Source: Armatimonadota bacterium (GTDB lineage: Bacteria; Armatimonadota; UBA10988). Taken from it: a DNA stretch of 38,710 nucleotides. Made by a program: the position numbers and the translations under genes. Shown here in pieces: positions 1 through 8,359 of the stretch. The stretch covers positions 1-38,710 of the forward strand of contig JACRKZ010000171.1 in NCBI GenBank assembly GCA_016235455.1. The letters run 5' to 3'. The notes beneath the pieces were generated by a model that had not been told where the DNA came from, searched no databases, and was given only the letters and a program-made list of their open reading frames with translations. Each line of letters starts with the position of its first letter. The first letter of the stretch is position 1.

Positions 1-3000
1 GCCGCGCCCAACACGGTGTGGCCCTGCGCACGCAGCAGGCGCGTCGCCAGCCGCAGCACAGCCGGCTCATCCTCGACCACCAGAATGGTGGCGCTACGGC
101 CGGTCGGCGCGTCGGCGCCGGGCTCCGCGCCAGACGCCGCGGCCGGACCATGGTGGCGCGGCAGGTGGATAGTGAAGCAGGCGCCCTGCTGCGGCTCGCT
201 GGCCACACTGATGGTGCCGCCGTTCTGCTGGACGATGCCATAGACCGTGGCCAGGCCCAGGCCGGTGCCCTGGCCCAAGGCCTTGGTGGTGAAGAACGGC
301 TCGAACAGGCGCGCTTGCGTGGCCTGGTCCATGCCACGGCCGGTGTCGCGCACCGTCAGCCGCACGTAGTCGCCGGCCGCCGTTTCGGGATGCGCGGCGA
401 CGTAATCGGCGTCGAGCACGCAGTTGGCCGTGTCGATGTTGATCTGGCCGATGCCGGCAATGGCGTCACGGGCGTTGACGCACAGGTTGGCCAGGATCTG
501 GTCGACCTGCGTCGGGTCCATGCGCACCGGCCACAGGCCCCCGCCCGGCTGCCAGTCCAGGTGGATGTCCTCACCGATGAGCCGCTCCAGCATGCGCAGC
601 ATGCCCTCCACGGTGCGGTTCAGGTCCAAGACCTTGGGGGCCACGGTCTGCTGCCGCGCGAAGGCCAGCAGTTGCTTGGTCAGGTCGGCCGAGCGGCGCG
701 CCGCCTCCTGGATGCTGAGCAGGTCGTCGTGCAGCGGCTGCGACGAGTCGACCTCGTCCATGGCCAACTCGATGTGGCCGAGAATGACCGCGAGCATGTT
801 GTTGAAGTCGTGCGCCACGCCACCGGCCAGGCGGCCAACTGACTCCATCTTCTGCGCCTGGGCCAGTTGCTCGGACAGCGCGCGCTGGGCCTCCTGGGCA
901 TGGTGACGGTCGGTGATGTCCTGGATGGTGCCCGACATGCTGATGGGGTCACCGGCGTCGTCGTAGGTCAGTTGGCCGCGGCCGTAGACCCACCGCACTT
1001 CGCCATCGTTGGCGCGCACGATCTGGTACTCGCGGTCGAACGGCTTGCGCTGCCCCACCACCTCGTCAAGGAAGTGGTGTTGCATCAAGGCCCGGTGGTC
1101 GGGGTGCACCAGTTCCAGCCAGGCCGCCACGGTCCGCGGGTGGTCTGGCCCGAGGCCGAACATCCGGTCGAGCTCGTCCGAACTGCTCCAGACGCCGGCA
1201 ACCACGTCGAGTTTGTAGCTGCCCACATGGGTGGCGCGCTGCGACTCGCGCAGCAGAGCCTCGCTCTCGCGCAGCGCCTCATTGGCGGCGCGTCGTTCGG
1301 AGATGTCGTGGTAGTTGCCCAGGATGCCGCGTATGTCCGGATCGTGCAGGAGGTTGGTCCCCGTGAAAGCGATCCAGCGGTAGCTGCCGTCACGACAGCG
1401 GTAGCGCACCTCGGTGGTGCCCGAGGCGCCCGGCGTGCCGGCCAGTGCGGCGATGAACGCCTGCCCGGCGGGCACATCGTCGGGATGCACGTTGTCGAAC
1501 GCTGGCTGGCCGACCACTTCCTCGGGTTTCCAGCCGAACAGGCGCTCGATGTTGGGGCTCTTGTAGCGGTTGATGCCGTCCTGGTCGATGATGACGAGCA
1601 CATCGCCGATGTTGGCCACCATCTTGTCCTGCCGCGCGCGCTGCGCCCGTAGCGCCTCCTCGGCCAGGCGGCGTTCGGTGATGTCGGCCACCGTGCCTTC
1701 CCAGCACGCCACGTGCCCCTCGGCATCGCGCACCGCCCGCACGTTCTGCGTGACCCAGATGTGCGCGCCGTCGCGCCGTCGCGCCTCGTACTCGAAGCCC
1801 GTCACGGCTCCCTGCGCCTCGAGCCTGCGCCGCAACTCGCCGCGACGACCCGGTTCGACATAAGTCTGGCTGCCGATATCCTGGACCTCGGCCAGCAACT
1901 GCTCTGGCGAATCGTAGCCGAAGATGCGCGCCAGCGCTGGATTGGCGATGAGGATGCGGCCGTCGGGCGTGGTCTGGAAGATGCCCTGGGTGGCGTTCTC
2001 GAAGATCGAGCGGTATCGGTCCTCGGCCGCGGCCAGCGCCGCCTCGGCCCGTCGGCCCTCGGTGACATCGCGAAACGACCAGACTCGGCCGGCCACCCGT
2101 CCATCAAGGCGCATCGGCGCTGAGCGGCGTTCGTAGACCCGGCCGTCGCGGAAGAACAGGGTGTCCGAGTCCTCGGCGTCCGAGCCGTAGAGCGCGCGCA
2201 CCTTGGCCGTGAACGCCTCGGGCTCGACCAGCTGCGCCAGCACGAAGTCGAGCAGCACCTGGTCATCGCCCGCCTCGAGCAAGCCTCGGGGCACGCGCCA
2301 CAGCTCGGCGAACCGTTCGTTGGCGTAGAGCACGCGGCCGTCGTCATCCACGGCCAGGATGCCGTCGGCGGTCGAGGACAGCGTGGCACGCAATTGCGAC
2401 TCGCGCCGGCGGAGCTCCTCCTCGGCGCGGGTGCGTTCGGTGATGTCGAGGAACGAGACCACAACGCGCGACAGATCATTGGCGTTGTCGGCGATGACCG
2501 ACAGCCGGAGGTCGAGCAGCAGTTCCACGCCATGCCCGTTGACGATCGGGATGCGGGCGGCGAAGAAGCGCGCCCCCTGGGCCAGGGCCACCATCTCCTG
2601 CCGGATGACCTCCAGCGAACCGCCGGTGAAGTAGCTGGGCAAGTCGCGGAGCAGTTCGTCGGCGCTGGAGGCGCCCAGCATCTCGACGCTGCGCTGGTTG
2701 ACCGCCAGGACCCGCACGCGGCTGGCCAGGTCCAGCACTTCGTCAGGGCGCTCACAAAGGTACTTGTCGAAGTCGGTCACGCCGAGGCGGCGCAGTTCCT
2801 CGAAGCGCCTGCCGACCGCCGAGAAATCCTCTTCCCAGACAGCCACGGGCGACTCGTCGAACAGGGCTCGGTGGCGCGCCTCACTGGCGCGCAGCGCCTC
2901 CTCGGCCTCGATGCGCTCGGTGATCTCGCGCACCATGCCTTCCATGGAGACCACGCGGCCCTGGTCGTCGCGGAAGAGCTGGATGTTCAGCGACACCCAG

Positions 3001-4040
3001 GCCCGGCTACCATCCTTGCGGCGGGCTTCGCCGACGACATCCACCAGATGGCCGTGCCGGAACAGGTCGCCCAGCATGGCCTGCCGCGCGTCGTGGTCCG
3101 CGTAGAGCGCCGCGGCGGGCAGGCCGACCATCTCGTCGGCCGAGCCGTAGCCGTAGAGCCGCGCCGCTGACGGACTGACCATGGTGATCGTGCCGGTCGC
3201 GTCGGCCTGGACATAGGCATCCTGGAGGTTGTCCAAGATGCCGCGCAGCAACTCCTCGTTCGCGCGCAGGGCCGCGGCGCTGGTGTGGCGCTCAGTGATG
3301 TCGACATCCGTGCCGCGATAGCCGAGCAACTCGCCGTCGGCGCCGAGCATGGGCACGCCGTTGGTCGACACCCAGATGACCTGGCCCTGGCCGGTGACAA
3401 TGGGATTCTCGAAGTCGCAGAACGCTCCGTGCGCGGAGATCACGTCAAAGGCGGCCGCGCGATAGGCGTCGCGCCGCGCCTCGGGATACAGGTCATAGAA
3501 GCAGAGCTTGCCGACCACTTCGTCAATGGCGTAGCCCCAGACCGTCTCGCAGGCCCGGCTCAGGTAGGTGTACCGCCCCTCCGCGTCGACCTCCCAGACG
3601 ACCGTGCGGCTGTGCTCGGCCAACTCGTCAAAGCGCCGCAGCAGCGCGCGCTGGGCCTCTTCGGCGGCCTTGCGTTCGCTGATGTCGCGGATGAAGACCA
3701 CGAAGCGCCCGCCGTCGATGTCGCGGTACTGGATGGCGACCTCAACATCGAACGTGCTGCCGTCTCGGCGGCGATGACGCGACTCGAAGCGATCCTCGCC
3801 AACCACCAACAGCCTCGCCGTGCGGGCCCGCACCGCCTCGGGCGAGTCGATGGCATCGAGGTCACCCACGCTCAACGTCGCCAGTTCGGCCTGGCTGTAG
3901 CCGCTCATGCGGGCGTAGGCTTCGTTGGCCTCCAGGATGCGGCCCTCGGCGTCGACCAGCCAGAAGCCATCCATGGCGCTCTGGATGATGAAGCGGTGCA
4001 AGGCGTCAGGCGCTGACGACGTGCTGGTGCAACCCGCCAC
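1..4040 (-). CDS. Multi-PAS hybrid sensor histidine kinase/response regulator (about 8 PAS/PAC domains, HisKA, HATPase_c, receiver); 3' end runs off the window start
   Basis: Absent from the ORF track because no stop lies in the window; translated by hand. The frame contains repeated PAS ends (RDISERK, DVDITERH, REITERI, LDITERT, RDVTEGR, ADITERR, HDISERR, QDITDRH), the H-box QAQKMESVGRLAGGVAHDFNNML, RLFEPFFTTK..GTGLGLATVYGIV and the receiver start TILVVEDEPAVLRL. GTG at 4040 has GGAG 8 nt upstream; the exact start is uncertain. Confidence 0.93.
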   Translation of the reverse strand, partial: MAGCTSTSSAPDALHRFIIQSAMDGFWLVDAEGRILEANEAYARMSGYSQAELATLSVGDLDAIDSPEAVRARTARLLVVGEDRFESRHRRRDGSTFDVEVAIQYRDIDGGRFVVFIRDISERKAAEEAQRALLRRFDELAEHSRTVVWEVDAEGRYTYLSRACETVWGYAIDEVVGKLCFYDLYPEARRDAYRAAAFDVISAHGAFCDFENPIVTGQGQVIWVSTNGVPMLGADGELLGYRGTDVDITERHTSAAALRANEELLRGILDNLQDAYVQADATGTITMVSPSAARLYGYGSADEMVGLPAAALYADHDARQAMLGDLFRHGHLVDVVGEARRKDGSRAWVSLNIQLFRDDQGRVVSMEGMVREITERIEAEEALRASEARHRALFDESPVAVWEEDFSAVGRRFEELRRLGVTDFDKYLCERPDEVLDLASRVRVLAVNQRSVEMLGASSADELLRDLPSYFTGGSLEVIRQEMVALAQGARFFAARIPIVNGHGVELLLDLRLSVIADNANDLSRVVVSFLDITERTRAEEELRRRESQLRATLSSTADGILAVDDDGRVLYANERFAELWRVPRGLLEAGDDQVLLDFVLAQLVEPEAFTAKVRALYGSDAEDSDTLFFRDGRVYERRSAPMRLDGRVAGRVWSFRDVTEGRRAEAALAAAEDRYRSIFENATQGIFQTTPDGRILIANPALARIFGYDSPEQLLAEVQDIGSQTYVEPGRRGELRRRLEAQGAVTGFEYEARRRDGAHIWVTQNVRAVRDAEGHVACWEGTVADITERRLAEEALRAQRARQDKMVANIGDVLVIIDQDGINRYKSPNIERLFGWKPEEVVGQPAFDNVHPDDVPAGQAFIAALAGTPGASGTTEVRYRCRDGSYRWIAFTGTNLLHDPDIRGILGNYHDISERRAANEALRESEALLRESQRATHVGSYKLDVVAGVWSSSDELDRMFGLGPDHPRTVAAWLELVHPDHRALMQHHFLDEVVGQRKPFDREYQIVRANDGEVRWVYGRGQLTYDDAGDPISMSGTIQDITDRHHAQEAQRALSEQLAQAQKMESVGRLAGGVAHDFNNMLAVILGHIELAMDEVDSSQPLHDDLLSIQEAARRSADLTKQLLAFARQQTVAPKVLDLNRTVEGMLRMLERLIGEDIHLDWQPGGGLWPVRMDPTQVDQILANLCVNARDAIAGIGQINIDTANCVLDADYVAAHPETAAGDYVRLTVRDTGRGMDQATQARLFEPFFTTKALGQGTGLGLATVYGIVQQNGGTISVASEPQQGACFTIHLPRHHGPAAASGAEPGADAPTGRSATILVVEDEPAVLRLATRLLRAQGHTVLGA

Positions 4041-4136
4041 CGGAGTGGCTCCGGCAGGCTGTGATGGCTGGGCATCGCGGGTGGGTATCTCTCGGCTCCG
4101 GTACGCCCGCGCGGGTCGGCGTTCTCGCGTAACGGC

Positions 4137-4165
4137 ACTATGCCAGCCACGCAAGCTTTGGGCAA
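4137..4165 (-). promoter_or_regulatory. Putative sigma70-type promoter for the kinase (TTGCCC-N17-CATAGT)
   Basis: The minus strand reads TTGCCC (4165-4160), 17 nt, CATAGT (4142-4137), about 100 nt upstream of the GTG start. Confidence 0.4.
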
Positions 4166-4188
4166 CAAGCGTATGTAAGCCCAACGTG

Positions 4189-4208
4189 ACCCCGCCGAAG
4201 CCGGGGGC
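4189..4208 (-). terminator. GC-rich cUUCGg hairpin directly after the rep stop codon
   Basis: Minus strand gcccccggcTTCGgcggggt immediately follows the TGA at 4211-4209. There is no strong U-tract. Confidence 0.4.
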
Positions 4209-5405
4209 TCAGCAGCGTTCGGGGTCGATGCTGTGGGTCATGGCGAAGCGGATGACCGTGCGGATGTCGGTCGGCCAGACCGCCGGCCGGCCATTGGCCA
4301 CGGCCGCCGCGAAGCGCTCGGCGAACCGCAGGTAGGCGCGCTGCTCCTCGCTGGTCAGCAGGTTCCACAGCCCCTCGAAGGCCTCGGGCTCGTCGTCCGG
4401 ATAGCGCAGTTCGTAGTTGTTGCGAATGGCCTCGGTGACGTAACCGCCCGGCGTGGAGGGTTTGCGGAACTGCAGGTGATCCAGATGGCGGATGAGATGC
4501 AGCTCGTCGTAGCCCGCGGTCAGGTCGCGGCAGACCGCGGGGAACACCCCGTACTCGCCCAGGATGCGGCGAATCTGCGAGCGCAGGTAGTTGGTGAGCT
4601 GGAAGCGGAACTTGCCGCCGCGCTGGTAATCCCACGAGGTGATCACCCCGGACTCCACCAGCCGCTCGATGTGTGGCTCCACACGCTTGAGGAACTGCGC
4701 TGGTCGCGGGTAGTTCACGCTCATGCCAATGGCCTTGGCCAGCGTCTTCCAGCCGATCTCGTAGTTGGTCTCGCCGTGCAGCACGGCTCGGTCGAGGAAA
4801 CGGTACAGCGCCACGGCGATAGGGTTGTCCAGGTTCAGCGCGAGCTGCCAGTCGAGCCGCTTGAAGTCGCCCAGCTCGATGGCCTGGCGCACCAGCCCAC
4901 CCCACTCCACCGTCACCCAGTCGTTGGTGTCGTCCACCTCAACCCGGTCGATCAGGTGGCTGATGTCCAAGTGACGTCGATACGGCGTACCCGTGCGGCT
5001 GATCAGCTCGGTCTCAAACTTCATGGTCACCCCGGCCAGGCGCTCCAGCGCCTTCTCGAACTGCTCATAGCGCGCGCCGGCATCGGACCAGCGCATCTGC
5101 CGGAAGAGATGGGCACGGCGGAACGTCACGCGCTCCATGTTGCCCTGCTCGTGGCTGACCTGCAACAAGCCGAGGAAAATGACCTGGTCGGTCTGGCTGG
5201 GCAGCTCCAAGTGGGCGCCAGGCCGCATGGTCACCGAAATTCGTTGCGGGCGCCCGGCGACCATGGCCTGGTACTGAATGGTCACGGGCTGGGTGCGGTC
5301 GACCCGGCGATCGGCGAAGGGCAGCAGGGCCATGGTGGCCTGGTCGATGCCCCAGGCGGGATGGCTGTTGATGGGTTCGTCTTCGAACAACGTCGGCTGC
5401 ACCAT
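4209..5405 (-). CDS. repA: Plasmid-type replication initiator protein (RepA/RPA-like, winged-helix), 398 aa
   Basis: The pattern LPSQTDQVIFLGLLQ...VTFRRAHLFRQMRWSDAGARYEQFEKALERLAGVT...HLID...LDWQLALNLDNPIAVALYRFLD...IGWKTLAKAIGM resembles replication initiator protein A families, as does the C-terminal PGGYVTEAIRNNYEL. Iteron-like repeats lie directly upstream and parA is nearby. Confidence 0.85.
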   Translation of the reverse strand: MVQPTLFEDEPINSHPAWGIDQATMALLPFADRRVDRTQPVTIQYQAMVAGRPQRISVTMRPGAHLELPSQTDQVIFLGLLQVSHEQGNMERVTFRRAHLFRQMRWSDAGARYEQFEKALERLAGVTMKFETELISRTGTPYRRHLDISHLIDRVEVDDTNDWVTVEWGGLVRQAIELGDFKRLDWQLALNLDNPIAVALYRFLDRAVLHGETNYEIGWKTLAKAIGMSVNYPRPAQFLKRVEPHIERLVESGVITSWDYQRGGKFRFQLTNYLRSQIRRILGEYGVFPAVCRDLTAGYDELHLIRHLDHLQFRKPSTPGGYVTEAIRNNYELRYPDDEPEAFEGLWNLLTSEEQRAYLRFAERFAAAVANGRPAVWPTDIRTVIRFAMTHSIDPERC

Positions 5406-5489
5406 AGCTTGTTACCCTTCGCTCTTGATCTAACTACAAACTTAAGAGCCGCGGCAACCGCCTGTGGAGCGGGCCGGCGAGCTGCCGAC

Positions 5490-5736
5490 GTAGGCTGTAC
5501 CTACGGATCACCCCACCCCAATGTAGGCTGTAGCTACGGATCGGCGCTGAGGGCACGTAGGCTGTACCTGCGGAGCATAGCACGAAAGTCGGCCTCTGAA
5601 GCGGGTTGGGGCCGGTAGGCTGTAGCTACGGAGGCTTTCGCCGATCCGACGGTACGGCCTACTTCACGGGGGGTGTGGCGCGAAATAGTCGGGTCGGTCC
5701 GTAGGTACAGCCTACATTTCCGATCGCACGGCCTAC
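5490..5736. repeat. Iteron array / putative oriV: 18-bp GTAGGCTGTASCTRCGGA, four direct and three inverted copies
   Basis: Direct copies at 5490-5507, 5523-5540, 5557-5574 and 5615-5632. Inverted copies at 5645-5662 (15/18), 5698-5715 (18/18 to copy 1) and 5719-5736 (13/18). The first spacings are 33 and 34 bp. A locally AT-rich tract lies at about 5405-5446. Confidence 0.85.
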
Positions 5737-5906
5737 GTTGGCGACTCGCTGGCCGGGGATGGCGGCGTGAGCGGCGCTGGTCGGCGTCCAGCGCCCAGAG
5801 CCGGGCGCCAAGCCTTGTTGCGGGGTGGTTACGGATCACAGCGCGGCGGTGGCCTGGTGAGTCGGCCGGGTTGCGTTGGGCCTCGGCCGACTCGGTCCAG
5901 AGGCTA

Positions 5907-6356
5907 TCAGCGGGGTTCGCCGTCGGCCATTTCCTCGAGCAGCATCTGCACCGCCAGCATGCCGAAGTCCTGCGAGGAGAGGCCGCGCAACATGCACTGC
6001 TGAGCGATGACGTGGCGCAGCCACTTGGGCACGCGGATGGTGTATTGGCAGATGGACTCATCATCAGGAACCTGCATGCCATAGGCCTCTTTGAGCTCAG
6101 GGAGGCTCATGGCCCGGACTCGCTGCGTGGCCGGCCGCTCCGACTCGGCTTCAGGCGGCGCGACGGGGGCCGGTTTGGTCCGCCGAGTAGCCGACCGAGG
6201 CTCCGGCGCCGACTCGGCCGGCGGCGCTGGCGCTGGCTCAGGAGTGGGCTGCGGCTCGACCTCGGCGCTGGCGGCGGGCTTGACGACCAGGTCGGCCTGG
6301 CCGGCGGCGGCGAGCTGCAGGTTGCGGACGAGGTCACGCGTCGACTTGGCGGCCAT
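5907..6356 (-). CDS. ParG-like ribbon-helix-helix centromere-binding protein (type Ib partition partner), 149 aa
   Basis: A Pro/Ala/Glu-rich, probably disordered N-terminus is followed by YTIRVP-KWLRHVIAQQCMLRG-LS-SQDFGMLAVQMLL, a strand-helix-helix RHH pattern. The start overlaps the parA 3' end and has a GGAG RBS. Confidence 0.7.
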   Translation of the reverse strand: MAAKSTRDLVRNLQLAAAGQADLVVKPAASAEVEPQPTPEPAPAPPAESAPEPRSATRRTKPAPVAPPEAESERPATQRVRAMSLPELKEAYGMQVPDDESICQYTIRVPKWLRHVIAQQCMLRGLSSQDFGMLAVQMLLEEMADGEPR

Positions 6357-6948
6357 TGAGTGTCTCCAGGATTTCGTCGGTCAGGGTGCAGATGTCAGAC
6401 CAGGCGTTGTCGGCGCTGGGATAGGGGTAGTCGCACACGGCGCGCTCGTCCCACTGGGCCCGCTGGTAGCAGCGGTAGGCGCGCACGCTGGTGGTCAGGC
6501 AGGCGATGCCCGCGTCGCTCAACGCCTGGGCGCTGGTCTGGCCTTCGCGGCTGGTGGGCGGGAAGGCGTTGAGCAGCACGCGCACCAGCGGATTGATGGG
6601 CGCCAGGTGGGCGTAGAGGTCGATGGCGGCGCGCTGGCTCTCGCGGTCGGGCTGAGCGACGATGACGATCATATCGACGAGCTCGGCCAGGGTGCGGCGC
6701 ATGTCGGGCCCCGGGTGCGCCGGCGTGTCCCAGACGCGGACAGCGTGACTGGGCAGGCCGTCGGACAGCACCTCATAGGTATAGGCGGGCACGTACCCGG
6801 TCTCCCCCACCCAGGCGGTGGAGGCCGAGCGGCCGTCCAGGTCGATGAGACAGATGTCGGCGCCGACCTGACGCAGGCGTGTGGCGACGTGGTAAGCGAG
6901 CGTGGTCTTGCCGACCCCACCCTTGTCTGCGGCGAACGCGATGTCCAC
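6334..6948 (-). CDS. parA: ParA/ParF-family Walker-type partition ATPase, short form without N-terminal HTH, about 204 aa
   Basis: Deviant Walker A KGGVGKTT, A' IDLDGRSAS and Walker B VWDTP. GTG start at 6948 follows GGAGG; the longer track ORF to 7275 is an unlikely extension. Confidence 0.9.
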   Translation of the reverse strand: MDIAFAADKGGVGKTTLAYHVATRLRQVGADICLIDLDGRSASTAWVGETGYVPAYTYEVLSDGLPSHAVRVWDTPAHPGPDMRRTLAELVDMIVIVAQPDRESQRAAIDLYAHLAPINPLVRVLLNAFPPTSREGQTSAQALSDAGIACLTTSVRAYRCYQRAQWDERAVCDYPYPSADNAWSDICTLTDEILETLNGRQVDA

Positions 6949-7027
6949 GCGGTGGTACCTCCCAGCAATCTGACAGTGTGGCCCAGCGGCGGTTGCGCGG
7001 TCGCCATGACGCCGTGTGCCAGCGTGT

Positions 7028-7036
7028 AGTTTAGCA
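7028..7036 (-). promoter_or_regulatory. Extended -10 element (TGcTAAACT) for the parA-RHH operon
   Basis: The minus strand reads TG-c-TAAACT about 80 nt upstream of the parA start, in an otherwise very GC-rich tract. Confidence 0.5.
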
Positions 7037-7164
7037 TGCGGGCGGCCGGGGTGCGGTGGCGGCGGAGGGGCGCAAGGGGGCGCAGGCGGCGGGCGGCGGG
7101 GCGATGACGTGGGGCGGGGAGCGCGGCGCCGGACGGGAGAGGTGGCCGGCGGGATACGATGGCC

Positions 7165-7240
7165 GCACAAGGGCATGTCCGCATGTCCGCACGTGGACAT
7201 GGGTGCAGGCGTGGGGACATGTCCGCATGGGGACATGTCG
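7165..7240. repeat. 8-bp-periodic RCATG-type repeat array; putative centromere (parS) or operator for the RHH protein
   Basis: gcacaagg gcatgtcc gcatgtcc gcacgtgg acatgggt gcaggcgt gggg acatgtcc gcatgggg acatgtcg, located upstream of parA. Confidence 0.6.
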
Positions 7241-8026
7241 ACCTCTGGAGGGAACCGGCCCAAGCCAATCGCCACGCGTAAGCCTATGGTACGCCAGAGC
7301 GGGGCAGGACGGGAAGCGCGAACTCACCGCGTGGGAGTCGCACGACAGCCCGAGAAGAGCGGGGCAGACGAGGGTGAGCTCATCCGCTCGAGTTGGGCGA
7401 GGTGCCGCGGCGGCAGCGGCCGCGATCTTGACCAGCCGCTCAGCCTCGACCACTGTCGCGATCCGCCAGCGCCGCGGACCGGCGGTGGTCGACCTGCCTT
7501 GGCCTGGCGCCGAGGAGGACCAGGCGTAGCGCCACTGCGCGAGGCCTGAGAGCAGAGAGCCGAGCCAGCATCGCAGGGGCAAGCTGCAGCCTGGCAACGG
7601 CGAGACACCCGAGCGGGCGCAGCGCATGGGTCGCCTCGCATGCGTACCGCGAGCCGAGGCGTCATGGGCCGCCTGGGGCTACCGCTACGCCGAACCGGAG
7701 GGCATCCCGAGCACGCCGAACGGCCCCGCAGCTGCGAAACAGCACGGCCTTCGCCGGACCGGCATGCTGTAGCATCGGCGGGAGGCGAAGCCGGCGGCCG
7801 ACCGGGAAGCGATGCGGTTGGGAACGTCGGGCGTTCGACCCGATGCAACGCGGGAGGGCGGTGGTCGGCCACTGGCAACACCCGCTTCGTGCGATGCCAT
7901 CACCGCGGAGTGGGCGATGGACTCACCCACGGAGTCGCCCCCAGGTGAAGGGCGCACCCGAGCAAGGCGCTGCAACTAGTGCTGCCGGGCCGCGCGAGTG
8001 GGCGCCGTGCGTCAGACCGCATCGGT

Positions 8027-8055
8027 GAATGCCGTTCCGTTCCCGAACGGCGTTC
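8027..8055. repeat. Palindrome GAATGCCGTTC-N7-GAACGGCGTTC (copy 1)
   Basis: 11-bp arms with one mismatch and a 7-bp spacer; a second related copy is at 8360-8388. Confidence 0.55.
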
Positions 8056-8359
8056 GCACTGGCCGAACAACTGGCGGTCGCCGGAACCGCGGCCGCTCCC
8101 GTGACGGACCGCCATCCTGACGGAGGACGGACCCTTATGGCTAGCCCCAGGCGCGCCAGGATGGCTGCAAGCCGCCGACCGCTGCTTGGCCAGGGGTACC
8201 ACCGGTTTGAACGCGGGTGAGGCAAGAAGAGACGGCGATCAAGCATTCATGGCCGGCTGAGCAACTGCCTGACTGCAGCATGCGTGCAGCGAGGGCCTCC
8301 GGCGCCCTATCCTCGTGTTCGGGCGCGATGGCCCGCGCAGCGCGGATGGCGGCACTCCT

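Larger units (their letters stand above)
4209..7240. mobile_element. Replicon module (rep, iteron origin, RHH partner, parA, centromere-like repeats) of a plasmid/chromid type
   Basis: All components of an iteron replicon with a type Ib-like partition cassette are co-located. No integrase, transposase or att sites are seen in the window. Confidence 0.7.

Noticed and set aside
4040-4211. The rep TGA is in frame with the kinase ORF and is followed by a stem-loop, suggesting readthrough or selenocysteine insertion
   Set aside because: The intervening 56 codons look non-coding (tta, cat, ctt, gtt), and the kinase has its own promoter-like sequence and RBS. An open stretch of this length is unremarkable at this GC content.
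18-5618. Long plus-strand ORFs (for example 18-842, 867-1652, 2394-3170, 4233-5618)
   Set aside because: These are antisense shadows of the kinase and rep genes, typical of high-GC DNA, with no recognisable motifs.
5490-5736. CRISPR array
   Set aside because: The repeats are only 18 bp, irregularly spaced and in both orientations, and no cas genes are present. The position upstream of rep fits iterons.
6949-7275. N-terminal extension of ParA given in the ORF track
   Set aside because: It translates the promoter, G-tract and repeat array into low-complexity sequence. A GGAGG-GTG start lies just before the Walker A strand.
7700-7880. Cobalamin riboswitch, suggested by cggccccgcagctg, gggaag and gccactg fragments
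   Set aside because: The upstream GGGAA..GGTG.AA..CC core and the terminal B12 box were not found, the fragments are in the wrong order, and no B12-related gene follows.
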